A DNA stretch of 63,520 nucleotides, filler included, from Methanobacteriota archaeon (GCA_024860865.1; 6 parts of 6 records of this genome joined end to end with filler, not necessarily neighbours in it), one strand, 5' to 3'; counted from the first letter of the whole stretch, positions 39,872 to 50,271 are shown. Made by a program: numbers and translations. The notes: generated by a model from the letters alone, not told the origin.

Positions 39872-42244
39872 TTAAAGAAAATGATTTAAACTTGTTTGTG
39901 GAGTCGTGGGTTTACTCATAATTCTATCTCTATTTTCGAAAATCGGTATGCCGTACTTACCATCAAATCCTGGAACATACTTTATATTTCCTTCTCTTAC
40001 TCTTATTATTGCATTGACAATTTTTTCATTTGTTACTTTTACTAGTTCTTCTTTAGAGACATTTAATAGAACATTGAGTTCATTCCCAAATTTCTCTATT
40101 AGTTTATCATGCTCTTGTATAACTTTTTGTGAGTAAAGTTGATTAATGCCCATAGTATAAGAGATGATTTCATATAGCGGCAACAAAGTTTTGAATGGAA
40201 TTGCGTCTTTAGGAACATAACCTTCTGGTCTATCGGCTAATTCTTCTACTCTATGTAGCACTCCGATAGTTAGTTTTCTTCTGCATTTTGGGCAAATATT
40301 GCCGAACTTCTTTGCTTCTTGTGGGCTAAGGCTAATATTACAATTTCTATGCCCATCGAAGTGGTATTTCCCGTAACTTGGATTTGTCTCAATTGTAAAC
40401 AAGAATCTCTTTCTATCTTTCTTTTTTATAGCATAATAAATTTCTTTATAGCTAATTTCTTCCAGCTCGAAAACATTTGCTTCTCTTCCTAAGCGCCAAG
40501 GGTGTGGAGAGTGTGAGTCTGAATTTGAAACTAATGTAAACTTATCTAAAGAAGATAACCGCCAGTTCATCGCAGGGTCTGAATTTCCACACCAAAGTGG
40601 AATGCCATTTCGACGAATATAAATGACATGATTTGGAACTGCTGCACAAAACACCAAGCCATTATAATCGACCCAAGATTCTATGTAATTATATTTTTTT
40701 ATTGTTGATGGCAAAGTTATGGGTTTATTTTGCCTAATGAAATAGGCATCCCAAGAATTTTCTTTTTGTCTATATATTTTATTTTGAGAAGGAGAAAGAA
40801 AAGGCGTTCCTTTTTCCTTTTTTAGCTTATAATAAGCCGAAATCCCGATTTTTAAGGCTATTTCTTGCAAATCATCGCGTAGATGAATTGAGGTTGTGGT
40901 TGCCGATAAACCTTTTTTATTTCGTCCATAAATATGTCCATCCCCTTTAAGATAATATTTGAGCAAAATTTCTAGCAGTTCTTTTGAAAGGGATTTTATA
41001 TCAGAAGGAATAAATTTTATATCAGAAGGAATAAATTTTTTAGAACAATTATTAAATTGTTTAAGATAATTAAATAGCTGATAGTTTCTCACTCTGAGGA
41101 CATTACCCCATTGATAAGCCCTATAACCAAAACTTCTAAGAATTTGTTTCATTTCATTTAGTAAAGTTTTATTCTGATTACATACATAAACATCATAGCT
41201 ACCATTTCCCCCATAGCTTACCCATCCTTCTGCTAACCAAAAACCAAAAAATTTTAACCAAGATTTCATTGATAATTTTTTTTCTTTTTTAATACGAAAT
41301 CCCGAATAATACCAATTTCCGTGTTTTATCTTCGAAGCGGGTAATACGAAATACTTCTCGCTTTTGCCCATCCAAATACCATCTTTCCTAAATCGTTTTG
41401 CCCTACCAAATAGATGCTGAGCTTCTTTCAAAATGAACGGTTTTGGGTTTCGGAAATCGCAAGGAGCATATAAAAGTTTATGATTAGGGGTGACTAATAA
41501 GTCGACTCTTTTTGTCTTTAACCTATACATCTTTCCTTTGTATCTATAGGTGAATATTCCTATTGGTTTTTGAAATTCAATCTTATCAGTTTTGAGATTT
41601 AGAGTACAAATTTGATCAGAATATTGTACTTTAGAGAATTTTTTCCATCCATTATTGGTTAAAACTTCCGTTTTTTCATCATAGCAAGAAAGTCCTGTTT
41701 CTAAAGAAAAAACATGCTTAGTTTGATCTTGATAGCAATCTTCTACAGAATCAAATCCAGATTTGCTTCCTAATATCGACCTCCAAGGGGTCCAGATATG
41801 GCTACTAGTTATCATAATGTCTTTTGAAATGCTAATCAGAATCTCAACTAGTTCTGGTGCAGATATATTGAGGTTAGGTCTTCCATCGATACTGAGATTT
41901 CCATACTTGGATAAAGTTTCATTTATCTGCTCAACAATTTCAAAGGATGGCGCATGAATTAAATGATGGATATTTTTAATCTTTCCTTCATACTCAAAAA
42001 TAGTCCCAATTTCGGTTGTAAGCGCGAACCAAATGCCGTTATATTTAAATAAACTAGTTCCTTCTATTGATTCTAACTTTTCTTTTAATTCAGCCAACCA
42101 GTTTGGAAACGTAAAATCCGATGTTCCTAGTAAGTTTAGTCCTTTGGTTTTTGCACCAGCTGCAAGTCCTTCCAAATTCATTTTTTGACTTGTTGCTCTT
42201 GAATACAAAGAGTGAACGTGAAAGTCCCCAATCACTAATACCAA
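39872..42244 (-). CDS. endoQ: Endonuclease Q (PHP + Zn finger) interrupted by an intein; about 422 aa after splicing
   Basis: DFHVHSLYSRATS, HIWTPW, ETGLS|SDPAMNWR, SNSDSHS, LGREAN, GKYHFDGHRNC, CPKC, GVLHRV, PGFDGKYG. Confidence 0.9.
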   Translation of the reverse strand: MVLVIGDFHVHSLYSRATSQKMNLEGLAAGAKTKGLNLLGTSDFTFPNWLAELKEKLESIEGTSLFKYNGIWFALTTEIGTIFEYEGKIKNIHHLIHAPSFEIVEQINETLSKYGNLSIDGRPNLNISAPELVEILISISKDIMITSSHIWTPWRSILGSKSGFDSVEDCYQDQTKHVFSLETGLSCYDEKTEVLTNNGWKKFSKVQYSDQICTLNLKTDKIEFQKPIGIFTYRYKGKMYRLKTKRVDLLVTPNHKLLYAPCDFRNPKPFILKEAQHLFGRAKRFRKDGIWMGKSEKYFVLPASKIKHGNWYYSGFRIKKEKKLSMKSWLKFFGFWLAEGWVSYGGNGSYDVYVCNQNKTLLNEMKQILRSFGYRAYQWGNVLRVRNYQLFNYLKQFNNCSKKFIPSDIKFIPSDIKSLSKELLEILLKYYLKGDGHIYGRNKKGLSATTTSIHLRDDLQEIALKIGISAYYKLKKEKGTPFLSPSQNKIYRQKENSWDAYFIRQNKPITLPSTIKKYNYIESWVDYNGLVFCAAVPNHVIYIRRNGIPLWCGNSDPAMNWRLSSLDKFTLVSNSDSHSPHPWRLGREANVFELEEISYKEIYYAIKKKDRKRFLFTIETNPSYGKYHFDGHRNCNISLSPQEAKKFGNICPKCRRKLTIGVLHRVEELADRPEGYVPKDAIPFKTLLPLYEIISYTMGINQLYSQKVIQEHDKLIEKFGNELNVLLNVSKEELVKVTNEKIVNAIIRVREGNIKYVPGFDGKYGIPIFENRDRIMSKPTTPQTSLNHFL
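40583..41686 (-). mobile_element. Intein with LAGLIDADG homing endonuclease (368 aa)
   Basis: Starts CYDEKTEVLT; block B VTPNH; LAGLIDADG-like FGFWLAEG and YYLKGDG; ends VPNH...WCGN followed by Ser+1. Confidence 0.92.
40994..41035. repeat. 21-bp in-frame tandem duplication inside the intein
   Basis: TTTTATATCAGAAGGAATAAA x2, giving FIPSDIK-FIPSDIK. Confidence 0.95.
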
Positions 42245-42674
42245 GCTAACTCACCTTATACGAAATTTTTTACCGATTTTACTAACCATACTGACTTGTT
42301 GATCTACATGAGCACATTTTAGATGTTTTTGAACAGTATATGCAGTCTCAGCTCGTTTGCTATAATTTTGCCGTGAAATGACCAAAATTAAACCGCAGCA
42401 TTTGAAAATCAGCAATTATTCTCATTTACTCCCTTATTTTCTTTCATTGGTTGTTCTCATTTTCTTGAATGTTTCCGTTTTATTTAAGCAAATTTATTAC
42501 TTATTTGTTTTTAGTAATTTTCAATAGGTATAAAAAGTAATAAATAATGAAAATCGTATGCCAATAAATCCAAGCTCTCAGGAAAATCATAATATATAAC
42601 CAAGAATGATTCTCTAGCATAAATTGAACGAAATTTGTTTTCAAAAAGTCCTGAGCTTTCAAACAGTGAGAGAA

Positions 42675-42860
42675 ATGATTCAAATTAATCGTGAGCTATG
42701 CACTTATTGTGGTGGGTGCGTATGCGTTTGTCCAACTGGCGCCCTTGAGTTGATCGAAACTTATGTTGAAGTTGATAATGAAAAATGCAATAACTGTGGA
42801 ATTTGTAGCGGATTCTGCCCAATGGGTGCCATAAAGCTTGATCGCACCGAGGCGAAATAA
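42675..42860 (+). CDS. 2[4Fe-4S] ferredoxin
   Basis: CTYCGGCVCVCP and CNNCGICSGFCP; coupled to the reductase. Confidence 0.92.
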   Translation: MIQINRELCTYCGGCVCVCPTGALELIETYVEVDNEKCNNCGICSGFCPMGAIKLDRTEAK

Positions 42861-44050
42861 TGGAGTTCGATATAGTTGTCGTTGGAGCCGGCCCAGCAGG
42901 CTCAAGCGCCGCAAGAGTTGCTGCTCAAAACGGCGCTAAAGTTTTGCTTCTTGAAAAGCGTCAAGAGATAGGTGCCCCAAAACGATGCGGTGAAGCTGCT
43001 CCAACTACCGAAGAATTTGAGAAACTCGGAGTTAAAATAATTTCTCAGGTGATAAGGAATGAAATTCGAGGTTATTCCTTTTATTCTCCAAAAGGAATAA
43101 ATGTAAAAGTTGTTTGGGATCATCCAGTTGGATATATGCTTGAGCGCAAAATGTTTGATAAATTTTTAGCAATTCAAGCAGCTCAAGCTGGCGCTCAAAT
43201 AATGGTTAAAGCTAGAGCAATTAATTTACTGAAGGGGAATGGTAAAATTGTCGGTGTAAAAATCAACCATTTTGGCGAAGAATTTGATGTTGATACTAAA
43301 ATTGTGATTGCAGCTGATGGCGTTGAATCGAAAATTGCTAGATGGGCAGGCTTAAATTCAAAATCTCTTCGAGATGCAACTTCAAATGTCCAATTTGAGA
43401 TGGCTGGTATTGAGTTAAGAGATCCAAACTTAATAGAATTCTATTTTGGAAGCAAAGTTGCGCCTGGAGGTTATGCTTGGATTTTTCCGAAGGGAGATTA
43501 TACTGCTAATGTCGGATTAGGGATCAGAGGCGGACAAACTACTGCTTTTCAATATTTGAAGAAATTTATTGAGTCGAAAGAAAATCTAAGAAATGGAGCA
43601 ATAATTGAGGTTAATGTTGGAGCAACTCCAATTGGAGGACCAATTGAAAAAACAGTTTCTGATAATTTAATTGCAGTAGGAGATACCGCTGGCCACATCA
43701 ACCCCGTCACTGGCGGCGGAATATATAATGCTGTGCTATGTGGAATAATTGCTGGAGAAGTAGCAGCTAAAGCAGTCCAAGAAGGAGATACTTCTGAAAC
43801 AAGGTTGTTTGAATATGAAGAAAGGTGGAAGAAAGCTATTTTAACAAATTTGGAAAAGGGTTTGCGAATAAAAAGTGTGTTGGAAAAAATGAGTGACGAA
43901 GAACTCGATGCTCTTGCTGAGGTCCTTGAAGGTAAAGATGTTGTGCGATTGTTTAGGGAAGATCCAATGACAGTATTTATAGAGCTTATGAAAAGGTCAC
44001 CTAAGCTTTCCATCAAACTTTTACTTGATCTAAGCGGATTTCGAAAATGA
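42860..44050 (+). CDS. Digeranylgeranylglycerophospholipid reductase (GGR family)
   Basis: VVGAGPAGS, PKRCGE, APGGYAWIFPKG, GDTAGHINPVTGGGI. Confidence 0.9.
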   Translation: MEFDIVVVGAGPAGSSAARVAAQNGAKVLLLEKRQEIGAPKRCGEAAPTTEEFEKLGVKIISQVIRNEIRGYSFYSPKGINVKVVWDHPVGYMLERKMFDKFLAIQAAQAGAQIMVKARAINLLKGNGKIVGVKINHFGEEFDVDTKIVIAADGVESKIARWAGLNSKSLRDATSNVQFEMAGIELRDPNLIEFYFGSKVAPGGYAWIFPKGDYTANVGLGIRGGQTTAFQYLKKFIESKENLRNGAIIEVNVGATPIGGPIEKTVSDNLIAVGDTAGHINPVTGGGIYNAVLCGIIAGEVAAKAVQEGDTSETRLFEYEERWKKAILTNLEKGLRIKSVLEKMSDEELDALAEVLEGKDVVRLFREDPMTVFIELMKRSPKLSIKLLLDLSGFRK

Positions 44051-44243
44051 GTTATATCCTTAAATTTTTTCTTTAATAGATACAAGAGATTAAAGTTTTC
44101 TTTTTTTTCATTGTTGTTTTATAAAGTATAGAAAGTTGAGTAGGCCACCCCATTTATACTGGTTGTTTTATTGTTGTTTTTGTTAATTATCAAAGTGGGA
44201 GAGATAAAAATTTTTAAATAGGAAACATCAGAAAACAACTGAT

Positions 44244-45320
44244 ATGCCTAGTGAATTTAAGGAACTTCCTGAAGAAGAATATTTAGAGATTTATTCTAGG
44301 CAAATAGTTCTCAAGGATATAAACTATGAAGGCCAGTTGAAACTTAGAAATGCTAAGGTTTGTATAGTGGGGCTAGGAGGCCTAGGCAGTCCAGCAGCAA
44401 TTCAGCTGACAGGTATGGGTGTTGGACATCTACGTCTTGTTGACAGAGACATTGTTGAACGAACTGATTTGCATAGGCAATATCTTTATGGTGTAAATGT
44501 CCTTGGATATCCTAAAGTTGAAGCTGCTGCGAAGAGATTAAATGATTTAAATCCAGGCGTAAAGATAGAACCTTTGCCAATTTATTTAACAGCATACAAT
44601 GTTGAGAGCATTATAAAAGGAATGGATGTTGTTGTTGACGGTTTAGATACAATATAACCCCGTTACATTATAAACAGAGCATGTGTCAAACATAGAATAC
44701 CTTATGTTTTTGGAGCAGCTCTTGAGGCTTTTGGGAATGTGTCTACAATAATTCCCTATAAAACACCTTGCCTTGAGTGCCATTACCGCGATCTTAAGAA
44801 TAGAATGTTTCCAACTTGTGCTGTAGCTGGAGTTCACCCTCCTATAGTTAACATAATCTCGAGTTTAGAGGTATCTGAAGCAGTTAGGATAATCACAGGT
44901 AAAAATCCAAACTTAATGAATAAAATGCTTTTTTGTGACCTTAGGAATCTTGGATTTGATATAGTACAAATTCACCGCAGAGAAGACTGCCCCGTTTGTG
45001 GGCTCAAACCCATCGAGAAAACCATTAAGCACGAAGTTATTGAAGAAATTTGTGGAAGGGGTGGGAAAAGAACATTTGTAGTTGCACCAAGAGAAAACTT
45101 AGAATTAAACATGAATACTCTATATGAAGTTTTAAAAACAAAAGGGTACATTAGAGTGAGAGCTAATCTTGGCATAAATATGGCCTATAATCAAAAAGCG
45201 ATTAGCATTCTTAAAAGTGGCGTTATGATAGCAAAAGGCTTCGATGAAAGAGAAGAAGTTCTTAAAATTTACAAAAATATAATAGAAAACTTGGGTATCC
45301 CTTGGACGCGTGTAGAATAA
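44244..45320 (+). pseudogene. moeB: MoeB/ThiF-family adenylyltransferase with one in-frame TAA (44655-44657)
   Basis: YSRQI, GLGGLG, DGLDTI*PRYIINRAC continues in the same frame to PCLEC and CPVC. Confidence 0.85.
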
Positions 45321-45352
45321 TTTAGAAAATATTTTGAATCAAAAATAGAGAG

Positions 45353-45607
45353 GTGTTATTTATTCAAACTTTATCTGCTTCTTTAGAAAAGTGCACTGGA
45401 TGCTTAGTTTGTGCTTTAGTATGTTCTATGATTTATGAAGGAGCATTTAATCCTAGAAGTGCTCGAATAACAATTGTAAAGACAATAGCTGGGGTTCCAA
45501 AGGATATTAAAATTAGCGCTGTCAAATGCCCAATATGCATAAAAGAAGGAAAAAATCGTTGCGTTGAACTTTGTCCATTTGATGCTTTAAAAGCAGTAGG
45601 GATATAA
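45353..45607 (+). CDS. 4Fe-4S ferredoxin-like subunit associated with AOR
   Basis: CTGCLVCALVCS, FNPRSARI, CVELCPFDAL. Confidence 0.8.
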   Translation: MLFIQTLSASLEKCTGCLVCALVCSMIYEGAFNPRSARITIVKTIAGVPKDIKISAVKCPICIKEGKNRCVELCPFDALKAVGI

Positions 45608-45609
45608 AT

Positions 45610-45897
45610 TTGAAGGTAAAGGTAGAGCTATTTGCCAATCTAAGAGAGATAGTTGGCAAAAAAGAAGTGGAAGAAGAAATTCATGAAGGGTCTACTGTAT
45701 TTGGATTGGTCAAGCATATGGCCAAAAAATATGGAAAAGAATTTGAAAGCTTCATTTTCGATGAGAATGGAGAGATTCAGGCATTTATTACTATTTTAGC
45801 CGGAGAAAAAGAGCTAACTAAGGTAACAAGTGGCTTTAATGTGGAGTTAAAAGAAGGAGAAAGGGTTGCTATTCTTTTACCATTTTTTGGAGGGTAA
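45610..45897 (+). CDS. moaD: MoaD/SAMP ubiquitin-like sulfur carrier
   Basis: VELFANLREIVG, C-terminal diglycine LLPFFGG. Confidence 0.88.
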   Translation: MKVKVELFANLREIVGKKEVEEEIHEGSTVFGLVKHMAKKYGKEFESFIFDENGEIQAFITILAGEKELTKVTSGFNVELKEGERVAILLPFFGG

Positions 45898-45900
45898 GAG

Positions 45901-47787
45901 TTGAAGTTATATGGATATATGGAAAAAATTTTGCACGTAAATTTAAGTGAAGAAAAAATTTGGACCGAGCCACTGAAGGAAGAATTTGCAAGAATGTATC
46001 TCGGTGGCAATGGATTTGCTGCTCGAATATTATATGATGAAGTAAAACAGGGCACTGATCCATTTGATTCAGAGAATAGAATAATCTTCTTCACAGGCCC
46101 AGCAAACGGGACAATTGCTCCAATGGCAGCAAAATTTGGAATCGCATTCAAATCACCTGGGACTAACACTTGGATGGATACTTATTGCAGTGGTAGCTTT
46201 GGTTATGAGTTAAAATACGCAGGATATGATTGTTTAGTAATTAGCGGTAAAAGCAAGAAGCCAGTATATCTTTTCATGGATGATGATAACGTTGAGATAA
46301 GAGATGCTTGCAAATTTTGGGGGAGAGACACATTCAAAACTCAATCAATGATTAAGAATGAGCTTAAAGATGATACAATTGGAGTTGCTTGCATAGGGGT
46401 AGGTGGAGAAAATTTGGTTCGATACGCTTGTGTAATCTCAGATCAAAGAGCGGCTGGAGCCGGTGGAGCTGGTGCAGTAATGGGTTCAAAGAATTTAAAG
46501 GCTGTGGCTGCAAGAGGTACAAAAAAAGTGGCTATACCTGATTTTAACAAATTAGTAGAGCTAGTACAAAAAGTTGTGAAAACTTTCAAAGCTAATCCAG
46601 GATACAAGGTTCATGGGAGATATGGAAGCGGAGCTGGAGTTTTAAGATTGCAGAAAATCGGTGCTCTTCCAGCAAATAATTGGCAAGAAGAAGTTTTCGA
46701 TTACGCTGAGGAAATCAGTGCAGAGAAACAACATGAAAAGTATGTAAAGAAAAATGTCTGTTGTATTTCTTGTTTTGTTCCATGTAGTAAATATACAGTA
46801 GTTGATGATCCAAGTAGCCCATACTATGGCGCAGCTACAGTCGGTCCAGAGTACGAAGGTCAATATGGACTTGGAACCGTTGTTGGCAATCGAAGTTTAG
46901 AGGCATTGATTAAAGCTGACCAACTCAGCGATTATTATGGACTTGGCCAAATTTCTGCTGGAGTATGCATAGCTTTTGCTATGGAATGTTATGAAAAAGG
47001 ATTGATTACAAAAAAAGAAACAGATGGACTAGACTTGAGGTTTGGAAATAATGGAGCTTTAATGGAAATGTTGCGAAAGATTGCTTATAGAGAGGGTCTT
47101 GGAGATATACTTGCAGAAGGAGTTAAAGCGGCTGCAGAGAAGCTTAGTAAAATTGTAGGTAAAGATTTATCATATTATGCACTTGAGGCTAAAGGTATGG
47201 AAGTAGCTGGGCATTCTCCAAGAAGCGTTAAAAGCCAAGCCGTTGGTTGGGCAATAACTTCTAAGGGATCTACTCATATGGATGTAAGACCCTATGCTGA
47301 AGAATCTGGTGAAATCGACCGCAAGACAGTTGTAGGAAAGGGAAAATTAGCAAAAGATTGCCAAGACCGCACAGCTATTGAGGATTCGTTGATTATATGT
47401 CGCTTTGAGGAGAGAGTTGGCGGTTTGTTTTTAACTCAGACTCATGTTGACATAGTTAATTTAGTAACAGACATGAGTATTGATCTAAAGGAATTAATTA
47501 GAATCGCAGAGCGCATTAACCTTTTGGAGAGAGCTTTTAACTTACGAGAAGGTTTTCGAAGAAAGGACGATACTATACCTAAAAGATTCATGGAAGAGCC
47601 TATACCTAAGGGATTATCAAAAGGCATGGTAACTCCAAGGCAAGAACTCGATATAATGCTTGACGAGTACTATGAAGCTAGAGGATGTGACAAACGAAAC
47701 GGAATTATTCTTCCAGAAAAATTGCGCGAGCTTGGGGTGAATGATGTAGCCCGAGATATGGAGAAGTTATCGAAAGAAGAATATTAG
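45901..47787 (+). CDS. aor: Tungsten aldehyde:ferredoxin oxidoreductase family
   Basis: YLGGNG, LKYAGYD, GAVMGSKNLKAV, CISCFVPC, GPEYE, IAYREGLGDILAEG, ERAFNLREG. Confidence 0.93.
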   Translation: MKLYGYMEKILHVNLSEEKIWTEPLKEEFARMYLGGNGFAARILYDEVKQGTDPFDSENRIIFFTGPANGTIAPMAAKFGIAFKSPGTNTWMDTYCSGSFGYELKYAGYDCLVISGKSKKPVYLFMDDDNVEIRDACKFWGRDTFKTQSMIKNELKDDTIGVACIGVGGENLVRYACVISDQRAAGAGGAGAVMGSKNLKAVAARGTKKVAIPDFNKLVELVQKVVKTFKANPGYKVHGRYGSGAGVLRLQKIGALPANNWQEEVFDYAEEISAEKQHEKYVKKNVCCISCFVPCSKYTVVDDPSSPYYGAATVGPEYEGQYGLGTVVGNRSLEALIKADQLSDYYGLGQISAGVCIAFAMECYEKGLITKKETDGLDLRFGNNGALMEMLRKIAYREGLGDILAEGVKAAAEKLSKIVGKDLSYYALEAKGMEVAGHSPRSVKSQAVGWAITSKGSTHMDVRPYAEESGEIDRKTVVGKGKLAKDCQDRTAIEDSLIICRFEERVGGLFLTQTHVDIVNLVTDMSIDLKELIRIAERINLLERAFNLREGFRRKDDTIPKRFMEEPIPKGLSKGMVTPRQELDIMLDEYYEARGCDKRNGIILPEKLRELGVNDVARDMEKLSKEEY

Positions 47788-47847
47788 CGACTGAGAGGGC
47801 AAATTCTTTATTATTCTTGTTATTCTATTATTAACAAAGGGATTAAT

Positions 47848-48138
47848 TTGGCTACAGAAAGTGATATTTTGAGTCAATTTGATGCAGATGAAGCTGCATA
47901 TTGGAGCATGAGGGAGGAGCTATTAAAAGAGTTTAAGGGCAAGTGGGTAGCTGTGCACAATAGAAAAGTTGTCGCTTCAGGAAATAACCAAAGTGAAGTA
48001 ATTAAAAGCGCGTATGAGGTTTTAGGCAAATCACCGTTTTATCTCAATTGTGTGGGCGAGGAGGACAAAGTTGGTAAGCGGGTATATAGATGTTTAGCGG
48101 CTTTGATAATTCAGTTGCTCCACCGTTCCCATGGCTAA
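47848..48138 (+). CDS. DUF5678-family small protein
   Basis: ELLKEFKGKWVAVHNRKVVASG. Confidence 0.75.
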   Translation: MATESDILSQFDADEAAYWSMREELLKEFKGKWVAVHNRKVVASGNNQSEVIKSAYEVLGKSPFYLNCVGEEDKVGKRVYRCLAALIIQLLHRSHG

Positions 48139-48473
48139 TGACGACACTTACAAATCCTTCAAAAACAAGCGAGCAAAAAGTTAAGGGATATATTGATACT
48201 GGTAGCGATGGAAGCGCGATACCCATTAAATTAGGTCAGGATCTTGGTCTTTTCAAATACCCAATTGCTCGTGCCGAAATAAGCGGGCTTGGTGGAAAGC
48301 TAGAACAAAGAATCCTATACGGTCTTGTCATAGAAATTGCTGGACAAGACGTAGCTATAGCTGTAGATATCCGTGATGATTTAGATTTTGTGCTTTTAGG
48401 GCGAGACATCCTGCAATATTTTTCGCTTATGATTGATTGGAAACAGAGAATTGTAAGAATTAAGGATCCTTGA
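48090..48473 (+). CDS. Retropepsin-like aspartyl protease
   Basis: YIDTGSDGSAIP, VLLGRDIL. Confidence 0.85.
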   Translation: MFSGFDNSVAPPFPWLMTTLTNPSKTSEQKVKGYIDTGSDGSAIPIKLGQDLGLFKYPIARAEISGLGGKLEQRILYGLVIEIAGQDVAIAVDIRDDLDFVLLGRDILQYFSLMIDWKQRIVRIKDP

Positions 48474-48557
48474 TTCAAATTTCGTTCTTCTTGGTGATTT
48501 AAAATAAGTCTTATTTTAAATTTTATTTTAGATAGATAAGGAATGGGAGAAAATTAA

Positions 48558-49541
48558 ATGTTATTTCCCGTTGCAGGCGTTGACATAAATCCATTAATAC
48601 CGTTTTTTGTGGGTTTGATAATGGCATTTATTTTATCACCAGTTGGTCTTTCAGGAGGTTTCTTGACTTTACCCTTCATGATCACAGCTCTTGGATTTGC
48701 CAAGCCAAGCGTAAGTCCAACTAATCTTGCTTTTAATCTAATTGGACCAATTGGAGCTATAGTTAGTTTTGCAAGAGAGGGAAGAATGAGTTGGGCATTG
48801 GGTTTATGTGCGTGTATTGGCACGGTGGTTGGAGCGCTTATTGGACCTATAATAAGAGTTCAATATCTATTTCAGCCAGCGCCTTACAAAGCAGTCGTCG
48901 GCGCTTTCATGTTGATTGCGGCTATAAGATTATTTTATGAAACTACTTCATGGTATTACAGGGGCAAAACTGAGTTGAAAGCACTAAAAGAGAAATTTAA
49001 TGCTCGAGCGAAAGAAATTAAAGAGAAGCAAAAATCAGCTATAGCTGCAGGACTTGCACCAGAGGCAACCATCAAAACGATTTTTATATCACTTTCTAAA
49101 GTCAGATTCAAATTTTGGGGAGAGGAATTTGAGTTTGCTCCACCTCCTTTGATTCTCATAAGCTTTATAATTGGTTTGGTTTCATCTCTGATTGGTGTAG
49201 GTGGAGCATTTCTTTTAGTACCAACTTTCGTTTCAGTAAGTGGCCTTCCAATTTATGCCATAACAGGAGCGACTTTATTGTTTACATATCTCACATCTGT
49301 TGTAGGAATTTTTGGATATTACTTTGTGACACCTATCTTCACCAGTGAACTTCCAGTGGGCCCAGATTGGTCTCTTGGATTGCTACTTGGAGCTGGAGGA
49401 TTTTTTGGGGGATACCTTGGAGCAAAAGTACAAAAGTATGTACCGGAGGGACTCCTAAAGTACCTGCTGGGTGGAGTAGTGGGGATCTGGGGTATGCTAT
49501 ACATACTAAATTATTTCATAGAATTACCGATTAAGATATAA
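48558..49541 (+). CDS. TauE/SafE (TSUP) sulfur-compound transporter
   Basis: GLSGGFLTLP, SVSPTN, GVGGAFLLVP, GGYLGAK; multi-TM. Confidence 0.88.
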   Translation: MLFPVAGVDINPLIPFFVGLIMAFILSPVGLSGGFLTLPFMITALGFAKPSVSPTNLAFNLIGPIGAIVSFAREGRMSWALGLCACIGTVVGALIGPIIRVQYLFQPAPYKAVVGAFMLIAAIRLFYETTSWYYRGKTELKALKEKFNARAKEIKEKQKSAIAAGLAPEATIKTIFISLSKVRFKFWGEEFEFAPPPLILISFIIGLVSSLIGVGGAFLLVPTFVSVSGLPIYAITGATLLFTYLTSVVGIFGYYFVTPIFTSELPVGPDWSLGLLLGAGGFFGGYLGAKVQKYVPEGLLKYLLGGVVGIWGMLYILNYFIELPIKI

Positions 49542-49596
49542 ATTGATGAAGTTCTAAGTTCATAAGAAATTATTATAAATTCTTAAAGTGATAATT

Positions 49597-50271
49597 ATGA
49601 AAGCTTTTTCAGTAGTTGGAATCGAAAGAAGCGTTGGTAAAACATCTCTTGTTGAGGCTTTAGTTAAAAAATTTATATCTCGCGGTTATAAAGTAGGAAC
49701 AATTAAACACGTTACACACGATCCGTTTACAATTGATACCTCTGGGAAAGATACCTTTCGCCATTCTCAAGCTGGAGCAAAAGTAGTTGTAAGTGTGGCA
49801 TCTTCTGAAACCGCAGTGATTTATAAAACAGATCAAGAAATGGATGCCAGTCAAGTGTTAGACTTCTTTCAAGATGTTGATTTGGTAGTTGTTGAGGGCT
49901 GGAGTTCGGTCAAATTGCCAAGAGTAATAATTGCTCGAACTGCTGATGAAGCAAAGAAAAAATTTTTGGATGGCGCAATATTGGCAATAACTGGACCAAT
50001 TGCAGAAAATGCAAGCGAGAAATCTAAGTTAAAGGATATCCCTATCTTCGATAATAGATCTGAAATATTGAAGCTTGCTGATTTAATTGAAGATAAATTA
50101 GTTTTAAAAGAAAAAATCCCTAAAACCGTTGAACTTAAAATAGATGGAAAACATATTCCTCTTGTTCCATTTGTTCAAGATTTCATTAAAAGCACTATAA
50201 CAGGGATGGTTTCTTCTTTAAAAAAAGTAGAACCAAATGCGAAAGAGATAAGGTTGATTATTAGAAAATAA
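49597..50271 (+). CDS. mobB: Molybdopterin-guanine dinucleotide biosynthesis protein MobB
   Basis: SVGKTSL, GTIKH, GKDTFRH, VVEG, C-terminal IPLVPFVQ. Confidence 0.88.
   Translation: MKAFSVVGIERSVGKTSLVEALVKKFISRGYKVGTIKHVTHDPFTIDTSGKDTFRHSQAGAKVVVSVASSETAVIYKTDQEMDASQVLDFFQDVDLVVVEGWSSVKLPRVIIARTADEAKKKFLDGAILAITGPIAENASEKSKLKDIPIFDNRSEILKLADLIEDKLVLKEKIPKTVELKIDGKHIPLVPFVQDFIKSTITGMVSSLKKVEPNAKEIRLIIRK

Noticed and set aside
44655-44657. Stop-codon recoding (Sec/Pyl) in moeB
   Set aside because: The codon is TAA, not TGA or TAG, and TAA terminates many genes here.
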